The notes: generated by a model from the sequence alone, not told the origin. Shown: positions 39,430 through 50,400, counted from the stretch's first letter. The stretch is DNA of 64,000 nucleotides from Candidatus Omnitrophota bacterium (GCA_028870995.1 JAGWOI010000006.1:19514-83513); one strand, 5' to 3'. Numbers and translations: made by a program.

Positions 39430-42087
39430 ATGGAACGAGCCGAACGAATGGATAGACCGGACCCGGATGTCCTGTTGGCCAGGGTTAAGGCTGAAGATCA
39501 CCGCGGCAAGCTGAAGATTTTTTTCGGCATGTGCCCGGGCGTGGGCAAGACCTATGCCATGCTTCAGGAGGCGCGCCAGCGCCAGGCTGAAGGGTTCCGG
39601 GTGATGGTGGGGGTAGCCATGACCCATGGCCGGCCCGAGACCCAGGCTTTGTTGGAAGGCCTGGAGCAGGTGCCTTTGAAGAAAGTGAATTACCGCGGTA
39701 TCACGCTTGAGGAAATGGACATCGACGAAATACTCAAGCGCCATCCTCAGCTGGTCCTTGTCGACGAACTGGCCCATACCAACGCGCCCGGAAGCCGGCA
39801 TCCCAAGCGCTATCAGGATGTCTTAGAAATCCTTGCCGCTGACATTGATGTCTTTTCGACCCTTAACGTGCAGCATGTGGACAGCCGCCGGGAAGATATC
39901 CTGGCGGTGACCCGCATTTCCGTCGGAGAAACGGTGCCGGACACTGTTCTGGACGAAGCTTCCGAGATCACCTTGGTCGACCTCTCACCCCAGGCCTTGC
40001 ATCAGCGCCTGGCCGAAGGCAAGGTGTATGTGCCTGACCAGGCCAAGGCCGCAGCGGTCAATTTTTTTAAAACTGAAAATCTTACCGCTTTGCGTGAAAT
40101 GGCCTTGCGCCTGACCACGGCTCATGTCAATCGTAACCTGCGTTCCCTGATGATGGCCAAGGGGCTTTCCGGTCCTTTTAAAAGCGGGGAACGCATCCTT
40201 GTTGCCGTCGGCGTAACACCCTATTCGGAGTCTTTGATCCGCATGACCCGCCGCTGGGCCGGTATGCTGGACGCTTCCTGGATCGCCTTGCATGTGGAAA
40301 GCTCTATGCCGCTTTCCGAAGAGCATAAAGAGCGGCTGATGAAGAATTTGACCCTTGCCCGGCAGCTGGGCGCGGAGATCATCCACCGGCTGGGCGATGA
40401 CCTGGCCCAGGTCATCGTGGACGTGGCCAATAAAGAGAATGTCACGCAGATCATTTGCGGCAAGTCGGTGGAAACCAAATGGCAGCGCCTGTGGGGGATC
40501 CCCACACTCGCCGACCGGCTGGTTGAGTTAAGCGGCCAGATCGACGTGCACATGGTGCGCATGTCCTCGGTGGAAAAGAATTTTCCTGCCAAACCGCAGG
40601 AACTCTTTTACAAACTCAGGCCGCGCGAATACGGTATCAGCTTTTTGATGTTTGCCATCGCGACGGTCGTCAACCTTATTTTGCAGTCCTGGGTCGGATA
40701 TGAGGCCACAGGACTTATTTATTTGTTGACCGTGGTCTTAAGCGGTTCTTTCCTGGGGCGAAGTGCGGCTTTTATGCTCGCGGCGTTAAGCGCCCTGGCC
40801 TGGGATTTCCTGTTCATCCCTCCCAAATTCATGCTGACCTTCCGCAGCAGCTATGACATGGGACTTTTGGGGATGTTTTTTATCACCGGTTTGATGATGG
40901 GCTATGTCACCTCAAAGCTCCGCCGGCAGAAGGAAATCGAGCAGAAACAGCGGCAGCGTTCCGAATCCTTGTATGAGCTGACCAAGGCCCTGGCCCTGAG
41001 CACGGACATCACCCAGGCCATGCGTGTGGCCACGGCCCAGATCAATTTGCTTTTGTCATCTTTAAGCATGGTTTTTATGTTGGACGAGAACGAACAGCCT
41101 GTTTTTGCCCATCCCATCGGTGATGTGATTGAGATGACGGAAAACCAGAAGGGCATGGTCCAATGGGTGGCCGCCAATAAGAAGGCCGCCGGCCGTTTCT
41201 CGGACACCCTGCCGCAGCAACCCCTGATGTATCTGCCTTTGATGTCCTCGGGCCAGGTCAGGGCGGTGGCGGTGATCAAGCTTTTAAACGAGAAACCGCT
41301 GGATCTGGCGCAGCGGACCCTGCTGGAATCGTTCACGGCGCTCATGACCGTCATGCTGGAAAAGGACCAGCTGCTTAAAATTTCCCATGAAGCCAAGATG
41401 AAGGAGGACACCCAGAATTTGCAAAGCGCTCTTCTTGACAACCTGTCGCATGAACTAAAGACACCGTTGACGATCATTTCCGGTTATCTGGACGCGCTGA
41501 TTTTGTTTCATCAATGGCCCAAGGATGCCCTGGAGCTTTTGGAAGAGTGCCGTCTGGCCTGCCTGCGCTTGACCAACGGGGTGGATGCGGTGCTGGATCT
41601 GACCAAGCTGGATGTGGGCAATCTGCGGCCTAATTTTGCCTGGTGCGAGGTCAAGGATATCGTCACCCAGGCCCTCAAGCAGGTGGGTACGCCGGCTGAT
41701 GAAAAGCGTATTCAGGTGGATTATCCCCAAGGGCCGCTGTACGCAAACGCCGATTTTTATATGATTACGCAGGCTTTGAAGAATATCATCCATAATGCCC
41801 TGATCCACGGTCCGGAAGGCGAGGATATCTATATCCATGTCCGCGTGATCGACCAAAAAATCCGTATCAGTGTCATAGACCAGGGCGAAGGTATTTCCAA
41901 GGAAACCTTGAATAAAATCTTCGATAAATTTTATCGCGGGTCCAAAACCAGGAAAGGCGGTCTTGGGTTGGGGTTGTCCATCGCGCGGCGGTTCGTTCAG
42001 TTGAATGAAGGCGAGATCGAGGCCGAAAATCTTTCTCCCCAAGGTTTCATGGTGACCATCACCCTGCCGATGGTCGAAAAAGAATAA
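39430..42087 (+). CDS. kdpD: Sensor histidine kinase KdpD
   Basis: 'GKLKIFFG..PGVGKT', 'VDELAH', Usp domain, four TM, GAF, H-box 'SHELKTPL'. Confidence 0.96.
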   Translation: MERAERMDRPDPDVLLARVKAEDHRGKLKIFFGMCPGVGKTYAMLQEARQRQAEGFRVMVGVAMTHGRPETQALLEGLEQVPLKKVNYRGITLEEMDIDEILKRHPQLVLVDELAHTNAPGSRHPKRYQDVLEILAADIDVFSTLNVQHVDSRREDILAVTRISVGETVPDTVLDEASEITLVDLSPQALHQRLAEGKVYVPDQAKAAAVNFFKTENLTALREMALRLTTAHVNRNLRSLMMAKGLSGPFKSGERILVAVGVTPYSESLIRMTRRWAGMLDASWIALHVESSMPLSEEHKERLMKNLTLARQLGAEIIHRLGDDLAQVIVDVANKENVTQIICGKSVETKWQRLWGIPTLADRLVELSGQIDVHMVRMSSVEKNFPAKPQELFYKLRPREYGISFLMFAIATVVNLILQSWVGYEATGLIYLLTVVLSGSFLGRSAAFMLAALSALAWDFLFIPPKFMLTFRSSYDMGLLGMFFITGLMMGYVTSKLRRQKEIEQKQRQRSESLYELTKALALSTDITQAMRVATAQINLLLSSLSMVFMLDENEQPVFAHPIGDVIEMTENQKGMVQWVAANKKAAGRFSDTLPQQPLMYLPLMSSGQVRAVAVIKLLNEKPLDLAQRTLLESFTALMTVMLEKDQLLKISHEAKMKEDTQNLQSALLDNLSHELKTPLTIISGYLDALILFHQWPKDALELLEECRLACLRLTNGVDAVLDLTKLDVGNLRPNFAWCEVKDIVTQALKQVGTPADEKRIQVDYPQGPLYANADFYMITQALKNIIHNALIHGPEGEDIYIHVRVIDQKIRISVIDQGEGISKETLNKIFDKFYRGSKTRKGGLGLGLSIARRFVQLNEGEIEAENLSPQGFMVTITLPMVEKE

Positions 42088-42088
42088 A

Positions 42089-42775
42089 ATGTCCAAGGGT
42101 ACCGTTCTCGTTATTGATGACGAACCTCAGATCCAGAAAATGCTGGGGATCATTCTGGCGCATGCGGATTATGATGTGGTCCATGCCGATAACGGCGAGA
42201 AAGGGTTAGCCGCCGTTGCCTATAAGAAGCCCCAGGCCGTGCTCCTGGACATGGGGTTGCCGGACATGGAAGGATTCGATGTGCTGCTGCGCATCCGGGA
42301 ATTCAGCGATCCGGCGGTCATCGTTGTTTCCGTGCAGGGGCAGGAGGCGATCAAGGTCAAATGTCTGGAGAACGGTGCGGACGACTACATCACCAAGCCG
42401 TTTTCCGCCTTGGAACTTACCGCCAGGCTTTCCGCCGTATTGCGCCGGAAAGCATCCTCTGGTATTATGGAGGATGTCTTTGATAATGCAGGCTTGAGGG
42501 TGGAATTCAATTCACGGGGAGTGACGCTTAACGGCAAGCCGCTTAAACTGACTTCCATTGAATATAACTTATTATCATTGTTGATAAAAAATACAGGCCG
42601 TGTACTGACCGTGCGGCAGATTTTAAAGGAAGTTTGGGCCACAGACAATGAAGAAAGGGCTAATTCCGTCCGCGTTTATTTAAATCACCTGCGACAGAAA
42701 ATCGAAGACAATCCAGCCGTTCCTGCACGGATCATCAACGAACCGGGCATCGGATACCGTTTTAATTTGCTTTGA
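42089..42775 (+). CDS. kdpE: OmpR-family response regulator KdpE
   Basis: REC 'LLDMGLPDMEG', winged helix 'VRVYLNHLRQKIEDNP..P..I.NEPGIGYRF'. Follows kdpD. Confidence 0.92.
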   Translation: MSKGTVLVIDDEPQIQKMLGIILAHADYDVVHADNGEKGLAAVAYKKPQAVLLDMGLPDMEGFDVLLRIREFSDPAVIVVSVQGQEAIKVKCLENGADDYITKPFSALELTARLSAVLRRKASSGIMEDVFDNAGLRVEFNSRGVTLNGKPLKLTSIEYNLLSLLIKNTGRVLTVRQILKEVWATDNEERANSVRVYLNHLRQKIEDNPAVPARIINEPGIGYRFNLL

Positions 42776-42797
42776 ATGGGGAAACTGCCGAGTAAAT

Positions 42798-43688
42798 ATG
42801 CCTCCGTATAATTATCAGCGCTCTGAATCCGAGAAGAAATTCTTGGCTGGAATTCCTGTCGACCCCTCGCCCCGTATCCGCCTGGAAGCGGGGAGCCGTG
42901 AGTTGACCATGCGTGCGATGGACCTCATCTGTCCCATCGGAATGGGGCAGCGGGGACTGATCGTGGCCCCGCCCGGTTCAGGTAAGACCACTTTCTTGAA
43001 GCATATCTGCCAGGCGGTCTCGTCCGGCACTCCGCAGGTCAAGCTTTATTGCTTGTTGATCGACGAGCGTCCTGAAGAAGTGACGGATTTCAAAAGATCG
43101 GTCCCGGGAGAGATTCATTACTCTTCCACGGACCAAAGCTATGAGCACCATATCGAGACCGCTGACAAATTGATGGCTCACGCCTTCCGTGAGGCTGCAG
43201 CCGGCGGGGATGTGATGGTGGTCATTGATTCATTGACCAGGCTGGCCCGGGTTCATAATGCCCAAAGGCCTTCCAGCGGCCGCACCATCTCCGGCGGCAT
43301 CGATGCCCGCGCCCTTGAGGTGCCCCGCCGCATTTTCGGTTCCGCCCGCAAGATTGAAGAGGGCGGGTCGCTCTCCATCCTGGCCACGGTATTGATCGAG
43401 ACCGGAAGCCGCATGGATGAGGTCATTTTTGAAGAATTCAAGGGCACGGGTAACATGGAAATCGTGCTTTCCCGCGCCATCGCTAATCACCGCATTTTTC
43501 CGGCCATTGACATCGGCAAAAGCGCCACCCGCAAACAGGAATTGTTGCTGGACCCTGAAGAATGCCTCCAAGTCAACAAACTCAGGCGTTCCCTGGCATC
43601 GATGACACCCATAGAAGCCGCCCAGGCCCTGGTCAAAAGACTTAGCGCAGTTCCCACCAATAAAGAGTTCCTGGCCGCATTCAATTGA
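42798..43688 (+). CDS. rho: Rho-like ATPase lacking the N-terminal RNA-binding domain (short Rho paralog)
   Basis: 'PIGMGQRGLIVAPPGSGKTT', 'LIDERPEEVTD', 'DSLTRLAR', 'SGRTISGG', 'EEFKGTGNME'. Only 296 aa. Confidence 0.88.
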   Translation: MPPYNYQRSESEKKFLAGIPVDPSPRIRLEAGSRELTMRAMDLICPIGMGQRGLIVAPPGSGKTTFLKHICQAVSSGTPQVKLYCLLIDERPEEVTDFKRSVPGEIHYSSTDQSYEHHIETADKLMAHAFREAAAGGDVMVVIDSLTRLARVHNAQRPSSGRTISGGIDARALEVPRRIFGSARKIEEGGSLSILATVLIETGSRMDEVIFEEFKGTGNMEIVLSRAIANHRIFPAIDIGKSATRKQELLLDPEECLQVNKLRRSLASMTPIEAAQALVKRLSAVPTNKEFLAAFN

Positions 43689-43691
43689 TTT

Positions 43692-43735
43692 TTAATATTG
43701 ATTTCATGTTCCATTCATTTTTCCTCTGCTAAGGT
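43692..43735 (+). promoter_or_regulatory. Triple 11-bp-period repeat promoter 1
   Basis: TTAAT-attgat-TTCAT-gttcca-TTCAT-11bp-TAAGGT. Confidence 0.75.
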
Positions 43736-43775
43736 AACCGCTGTAAAAAACAGCCCTAGTTAAAGGAGGGATATT

Positions 43776-43919
43776 ATGAAAAACAGGACTGCGGTCAAGC
43801 AACGCGAACGCCGTATTAAAACCTCGAATTGGACTCATGAGGACATGGAAGATGAGGATGATTTCCTTGGAACCAAGCTTCCCAAGGATTTATCGGACGA
43901 TTGGGAAGAGGAGGAATAA
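43776..43919 (+). CDS. 47-aa protein with basic N-terminus and acidic C-terminus (not in ORF track)
   Basis: SD AAAGGAGG. MKNRTAVKQRERRIKTSNWTHEDMEDEDDFLGTKLPKDLSDDWEEEE. Has its own promoter. Confidence 0.7.
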   Translation: MKNRTAVKQRERRIKTSNWTHEDMEDEDDFLGTKLPKDLSDDWEEEE

Positions 43920-43925
43920 ACGATT

Positions 43926-46055
43926 TTATCGGCGGAACGGCCGCTTCCATTGAGCAGCCATGGGCATGACAAACAGGGCCGTCATGGCTGCGATGATCGT
44001 CCCAAAAACAACGGTGGCTCCGAACCGTTGTGTTGAAGGAAATTCGGAGAACATAAATATACCGAAGCCCAGGACCATCACCAAGGTGAAGGTCAGCACC
44101 GGTTGCCAAAAGCGGTGCCTGATCCGGTCCCAAGCTTCGGTATTTTTATGTTCCGGGTATTTTTGTCGCCGGTAGGCCCTGACCATATGGATCATCGAAT
44201 CGATGCCGAGCCCCAGGGCGATGTTGCAGGCCGGAGCTGAAATGACGTCCAGGGGAACGCGCAGCCATCCGATCACGCCCAAAACGATGACGGGGATGAC
44301 ACAAATGCTTAAGCTGATGGCCAGGGCGATCTTGAAGGACCTTGATACCACCAGCGCGATGATCGAGAAAATAAGGATCAATTGTCCCAGACCGAAGACG
44401 ATGCTGGAAGCGACCAGTTGGCTTAAATGCCCCTGCAGGCAGTAAATGCCGCCCACCAGACTGAGCTCAAAGCCGTCGCTCCTGACAATCTTTTTAATTT
44501 GCCTGATCACGTCTAACCTTGATGTCCGGGGCTGGGACTCCTTCATGCGCAGTAAAAAAAGTCCCTGGCGATGGTCGTCGGTGATAAAACTCCTGGCAAT
44601 GCCGCTGAATTGAGGATACTTCAGGATGTCCAGGAGGCTTTTATAGGACAACAGGGAGGCCAATAAGGGGCGTTTGGCTTCCGCTATTAAGACGGGAAGG
44701 GAAATAACGCTCCCGACCTGGTCATAACTCTCCAGGTCCTTTTGCAGCGCCCAAAGTTTCCGGTACGAGGGGACTGTATCCAGTTTCTCTCCCGAGAGTG
44801 ATTTGATGACCAGGATCAGGGGGCTGCTGCCCCCGTGATGATCAATGTAGACTAAGGATTTTTCAAGAGGGCTGCCGGCCTGGAAGAAGGAAAATAAACT
44901 GGGGTCGGTATTGGCCCGCCACGCACCAGGCAAAGCCGCGCAGAACAGGATAAAAATAATGACGACGGTACGGTTCCGCTGCCGTTCCAGGAAGCGTCCG
45001 ATTTTTTCCTGGTAACGGTCAAGCATGTTGTCCTTTGAAATGGCACCTGGGACAAGGCGCAAAAAAGCAGGATAGATCCCATAAGCCACGGTTATGGCCA
45101 CTACGGCGCCGGTGATGCCGCCGGCACCTAATTCCTTCAAAGGCTGCGCCGGGACGAAAATGAGGCTGAGGAAACCAAGCAAGGTGGTCGTCATGCTCCA
45201 GAACGAGGGAGAAAAAGTCAGGCGCATGGCTTCCTCAACGGGAGAGGCATGGTCCTCATGGGAGAGCACAAATTTCCAGTTGTAGGTGAAGAAAATGATA
45301 TGGGACAGGGTGATGACAAAAACGATGGTGGCCAAATTGGCGGTCAACAGGCCGATCTTGATGCCGAACATGTGCGTGATCATCAGGGTCCACATGGAAG
45401 CGCTGACGCAGCTGACCACCGCTCCCAAAACGATGCCGGGGGAACGGAAAATGAAAAGGGTGATAAGGCCGAATATGACAAGCACCAGAAGGCTGAAAAC
45501 ACGAATGTCCTTAAGCAGGTGGCGGCTGATCAATTCCACGATATAGGGCGGTCCGGACATCACCAAATAAAAATCATCGGCGGAATACCGGTTGACCAGG
45601 CGCACAATGGCGGGAATCGCCTTTTGGGAGTAGGAGGCATTAAGTAGGACGATAATGTTGGTGGACTTTTTATCCCGGGCGATCAAAAGCCTTTTCCATA
45701 AGGGGCCGTTGAAGGCGTCTTGCAGGCTGCTGGGACCCATGGTTATGCTTTTGACTCCCGTGACGCCTCCCAGCCTGGAGAGTCCCAGGCTTAAGTCCTG
45801 AACATTGTTTTGGTAGGTCTTGCTTTTAACGTCTCCGGAGGCGTTGATGATGAGCAGGGAATCCCTGCGTTTGAACAAATGGGAGATTTTTTTCTCATCC
45901 TGGAATTCAGGGTCGTGATTGGAAAAGAAGAAATTATTGTCAACACGGGGAACAAGGTTGACATATTTAAAAAGAACCACGGCGCTGATGATCATCAGCG
46001 CGATGAACACCCATGCTTCCTGGCTTAAGCGGGTTAGGCGGATCATCGTGTACAT
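43926..46055 (-). CDS. MMPL/RND-superfamily exporter
   Basis: Duplicated TM-periplasmic loop-5TM architecture, 'TTLLGFLSL', 'LGLGIDSMIH'. Confidence 0.88.
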   Translation of the reverse strand: MYTMIRLTRLSQEAWVFIALMIISAVVLFKYVNLVPRVDNNFFFSNHDPEFQDEKKISHLFKRRDSLLIINASGDVKSKTYQNNVQDLSLGLSRLGGVTGVKSITMGPSSLQDAFNGPLWKRLLIARDKKSTNIIVLLNASYSQKAIPAIVRLVNRYSADDFYLVMSGPPYIVELISRHLLKDIRVFSLLVLVIFGLITLFIFRSPGIVLGAVVSCVSASMWTLMITHMFGIKIGLLTANLATIVFVITLSHIIFFTYNWKFVLSHEDHASPVEEAMRLTFSPSFWSMTTTLLGFLSLIFVPAQPLKELGAGGITGAVVAITVAYGIYPAFLRLVPGAISKDNMLDRYQEKIGRFLERQRNRTVVIIFILFCAALPGAWRANTDPSLFSFFQAGSPLEKSLVYIDHHGGSSPLILVIKSLSGEKLDTVPSYRKLWALQKDLESYDQVGSVISLPVLIAEAKRPLLASLLSYKSLLDILKYPQFSGIARSFITDDHRQGLFLLRMKESQPRTSRLDVIRQIKKIVRSDGFELSLVGGIYCLQGHLSQLVASSIVFGLGQLILIFSIIALVVSRSFKIALAISLSICVIPVIVLGVIGWLRVPLDVISAPACNIALGLGIDSMIHMVRAYRRQKYPEHKNTEAWDRIRHRFWQPVLTFTLVMVLGFGIFMFSEFPSTQRFGATVVFGTIIAAMTALFVMPMAAQWKRPFRR

Positions 46056-46118
46056 CTTATTACAAAAAACGGTGGAGTCAAGGCCGGCCCGACGGAAAAG
46101 ATCCGTCCTGCTAAAGCA

Positions 46119-46162
46119 TTAATTTTTATTTCATCTTATTTTCATCTTGGCTTTGATAAATT
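46119..46162 (+). promoter_or_regulatory. Triple 11-bp-period repeat promoter 2
   Basis: TTAAT-ttttat-TTCAT-cttatt-TTCAT-11bp-TAAATT. Confidence 0.75.
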
Positions 46163-46188
46163 GTAGAAGGAAATTTCAAGGGGGATTT

Positions 46189-46617
46189 ATGAAGGCAATC
46201 GCGGTGTTGCTTGCGTTGATGTTGAGTTGGCTTCTGCCGGCTGTCACGGCATTTGCGTTGAATGTACAGCGGTCCGTTGAGCTTACCGGAGCCTACGCGT
46301 CGCCCTATCCGCCGGTCTTAAGCCCGGCCCTCGAAAGGCTTCCGCCTGGGGCGGTGACGGTCAATGCCGGTAATGTTATTTTTTATTACGCCCATGGGGT
46401 GTTCTACCAGAAAGTCATGCTGGATCAAAAATACGTCATTGTCCCGCCCCCGATAGGGGCGGTGGTTTATGCCATTCCGCCGGGTTGGGCCTATGTTTTT
46501 ATCGACGGCATTTCTTATTATGTGTCAGGAGGTGTTTATTATGAACGGCGGTTGGAAGGCTACAGGGTTGCTTATCCGCCGGTAGCTTACCTGCCGGGGC
46601 CGGCCGGGGCTTTTTGA
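46189..46617 (+). CDS. Secreted Pro/Tyr-rich protein (DUF6515-like)
   Basis: Signal peptide from ATG 46189 (SD GGGGG). Repeated 'LPPG...V....YY..GV.Y....Y.V..PP' unit. Confidence 0.65.
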   Translation: MKAIAVLLALMLSWLLPAVTAFALNVQRSVELTGAYASPYPPVLSPALERLPPGAVTVNAGNVIFYYAHGVFYQKVMLDQKYVIVPPPIGAVVYAIPPGWAYVFIDGISYYVSGGVYYERRLEGYRVAYPPVAYLPGPAGAF

Positions 46618-46937
46618 AGGAAGGAGCAGCATTGAGAGTAGGCCATTGTCTTTTAATAGGGTTGATGACGTTGCTTTTGCCCATGAGCGCCTTCGGACTC
46701 GATGTGACTAAAAGCGTACAGGGGACTGTTAAGAATTTCGGTGCATCGTGGCTTGAGATCATCGGTGTACCCGTTAGTCGGGATATCCGGTTCGCCGTTG
46801 ATGCCAATACCGTTTATAACAATGTTCAAAAATTATTCGAGCTTAAAGCCGGAGAATTGGTCCAGGTCCAGTATCAAAAGGTCAACGGAGAAAATTTGGC
46901 TGTTTCAGTGACAAAAATGGAATTGGAACGCTTATAA
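46614..46937 (+). CDS. Secreted small OB-fold-like protein (DUF5666-like)
   Basis: Signal peptide, 'VQGTVK...F.VD.NT......ELKAGELVQVQY'. Confidence 0.55.
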   Translation: MKEGAALRVGHCLLIGLMTLLLPMSAFGLDVTKSVQGTVKNFGASWLEIIGVPVSRDIRFAVDANTVYNNVQKLFELKAGELVQVQYQKVNGENLAVSVTKMELERL

Positions 46938-46969
46938 CAAGTTTTTTGCTATTGAGGGAGGAGAGGCAG

Positions 46970-47479
46970 ATGAAAAAAATCGGTTCCTTGAGTGAGCTGC
47001 TGATGGAAGAGTTGGCGGACCTGCTTGATGCGGAAAACCAGTTGAAACAGGCCATGCCTCAAATGATCCAGGCCAGTCAATCACAAACGTTAAGATCACT
47101 TTTGGAAAATCACCATCAGGACACCCAGGAACAAGCTCAACGCCTTGAGGATATTTTCGGCAATATCAACCAAAGGCCTAAAGGGGTGGAATGCAAAACG
47201 GTTAAAGGGCTTCTTGCCGAAGTCCGGCAGACCATCAGCCTGGCAAGCCCCCAGGCGCGGGACAGCGCCATCATTAATGTGGCCCAGCGGATAGAACATT
47301 ATGAGATCACAGGTTATTCCATCGCCCGGGAACATGCCGATGATTTGGGCCATACCAGGATCGTGGAGTTGTTGGACAAGACCCTCGATGAAGAGCGTTC
47401 CATGCATTTGCACTTAAGTGAACTGGCCCAGGGGTTGATCAATAGCCAGGCCCTTGACCGCAAGCGCGTGTATCAATAA
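46970..47479 (+). CDS. yciF: YciE/YciF ferritin-like stress protein (DUF892)
   Basis: 'DL.DAE.QL', 'Q..RLE.IF', 'AQRIEHYEI..Y', 'TLDEE'. Confidence 0.88.
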   Translation: MKKIGSLSELLMEELADLLDAENQLKQAMPQMIQASQSQTLRSLLENHHQDTQEQAQRLEDIFGNINQRPKGVECKTVKGLLAEVRQTISLASPQARDSAIINVAQRIEHYEITGYSIAREHADDLGHTRIVELLDKTLDEERSMHLHLSELAQGLINSQALDRKRVYQ

Positions 47480-47485
47480 CCAAGC

Positions 47486-50400
47486 ATGCCGGAATCCAAA
47501 GCATATTCGTGGTATAAGGACGCCATTTTTTATGAGCTGCACGTCCGTGCTTTTGCTGATAGCCAGCAAGACGGTGTCGGCGATTTTCGGGGCCTTGCCG
47601 GTAGGCTCGATTATTTGCGGGACTTAGGCGTCACCGCCTTGTGGGTCCTGCCGTTCTATCCTTCCCCCTTGAAAGACGACGGTTACGACATCGCCGACTA
47701 CATGAATGTCCATCCCGATTATGGGACGTTGGCAGACTTTAATCTCTTTTTAAAGAAGGCCCATCAGCTTGGGCTCAAAGTGATTACGGAATTGGTATTG
47801 AACCATACCTCTGACATGCACGTCTGGTTCCAGCGTGCCCGTCATGCTCCGCCTTTGAGCGTTTCGCGCGATTTTTACGTCTGGTCAGATACCCCCGCCA
47901 AATACAGCGACGCCAGGATCATCTTTAAAGATTTCGAGACCTCCAATTGGACCTGGGACCCGGTGGCCAAGGCCTATTATTGGCACCGTTTCTATTCTCA
48001 TCAGCCGGACTTAAATTTCGATAATCCCCATGTACGTCAGGCGATGTTCAAGGTGGTTGACTTTTGGCTGCAGATGGGGGTGGATGGGTTGCGGCTGGAT
48101 GCTGTTCCTTATCTTTTTGAGCGGGAGGGGACTTCCTGCGAAAATTTGCCGGAAACTCATGAATTCTTAAAAGAGCTGCGCAGGCATGTGGACGCAAAAT
48201 TTCAGGACCGCATGCTGCTGGCCGAAGCCAACCAATGGTCTGAAGACGTGGTGGCGTATTTCGGCAGCGGTGATGAATGCCATATGGCCTTTCATTTTCC
48301 CATCATGCCGCGGCTGTTCATGAGCATCGATATGGAGGACAGGTTTCCCATCATTGACATCCTGCAGCAGACCCCTGCCATTCCTTATCAAAGCCAGTGG
48401 GCTCTTTTTTTAAGGAACCACGATGAGCTGACCCTGGAAATGGTCACTCATGAAGAGCGTGATTACATGTATCGGGTGTACGCTCTCGATCCAAGGGCCA
48501 GGATCAATTTGGGCATCCGGCGCCGCCTGGCGCCCCTACTGCACAATCACAGGCGGAAAATTGAACTGATGAACGGCCTTTTGTTCTCCCTGCCTGGAAC
48601 GCCGATCATTTATTACGGGGACGAGATCGGCATGGGAGACAATATTTATCTGGGCGACCGCAATGGGGTGCGCACGCCCATGCAATGGAGTGCGGACAAG
48701 AATGCCGGCTTCTCCCGGGCCAATCCCCAGCGTTTGTACCTGCCCATCATCATCGACCCCGAATATCATTACGAGGCCTATAACGTCGACGGCCAGCAAA
48801 ACAATCTCCGGTCCCTGTTGTGGTGGATGAAAAGGCTCATTGCCTTGAGAAAACGGTACAAGGCTTTCGGACGGGGTACGATTGAATTCCTCCAGCCGGC
48901 CAACCGCAAGGTCCTGGTATTCTTAAGGCGCTGGGAGCAGGAGATGATCCTGGTGGTGGCCAATCTTTCCCGTTTTGTCGAGTACGTGGAGTTGGACATG
49001 AAGGCCTATAAGGGCCTTGTCCCCATGGAGCTCTTCAGCCGTTCCAAGTTCCCGACCATTGGAGAACTGCCTTATTTTTTGACGCTGGGACCGAATGAAT
49101 TTTATATGTTCTCGCTCTTGGAGGAGAAGCCTGCCACTCTTCAGGCGATCTCGACCGCTGCCGAGGCCCAAAAGCCGATTCCCGTCATCGAGGCTGAGGA
49201 TATGTGGGCCTGGACGAGGCAGACCCTGGCCAGGGAGAGGCTGGAAGACCTGCTGCCTGATTATTTTTTGACCTGCCGGTGGTTTGCCGGCAAGGCCAAG
49301 AAAATCAATTTTGTCAAGATCATCGACACGGTCCCCATCCCGCATAAAGATTCCACCGTGTTCATGGCGATTGTCCGTTTTGAATATATCGATGCTCCTC
49401 CGGATCAATATTTGCTTCCCATGGCTTATGCCCATGGAGACAGGGCCAGGGAATTGGCCGAACATTCCCGCCATGCGGTGATTACCGGTGTTGCCGTAAA
49501 GCTGGGGGGAGAGACACAACAAGGGATTCTTTATGATGTCTTGCTTGAGCCGGCCTTTGCCGAGGAAATTTTAGCACATATCATGCATCGACGGCGTTTC
49601 CGGGGATCGAACGGGCAGATTGCCTTCAAGTCCACCAAGGCCCTGGCCAAATTATACAAGCCCAGCGACAAGGAGTCCTACGTGCCGACGCTCATGAAGG
49701 TGGAGCAGAGCAACACCTCAGTGAAGTACGGGGAATTCCTGATGTTGAAAATGTTCCGGCACCTTGATCTGGGGTTAAGCCCGGACCTTGAGATGGGAAA
49801 TTTCCTGAGTCAAAAAGTATCATTCCCGTACGTCCCGCCGGTCGCCGGCTATGCAGAATATACCAACGGCATGATGGTCACCATGACCTTAGGGATTTTG
49901 CACGGGTTTATCACCAATCAGGGAGACGCGTGGGAATATACCAAGGATGAATTGGAGAAGTTCTTTGAGTCAATGCTTACCGATAAAGTGCGGGTGAGGG
50001 AGGCTTTGATCCCTCCCGGAGGCGTGCTGGGATCCCTGGACAGAACGCCTCCGCCGGTGATGATGGACGCCATGGGGCCCTATATGGAATCCATACGGCT
50101 TTTAGGCCAGCGGACGGCAGAGTTGCATGCGGCACTCATTTCCTACGGCGAGGACCAGGATTTTGCGCCAGCGCCTTTTACTTTTCAGGAGCAGCGTTAC
50201 ATGTATCAATCCATGTACAGCGCCTTTGGCCAGGTGTTTCGAACCCTGGCCAGAAGTCTTAGGAATATCCCTGATAAGGCCAGGCTCAAGGCCCAACAAG
50301 TTCTTACCCTTGAAGCGAAAATCCAGGAGTTCCTCAAAATATTGCTGAAGCAGAAATTCACATCGGCGCGTATCCGCTGCCATGGGGACTATCACTTGGG

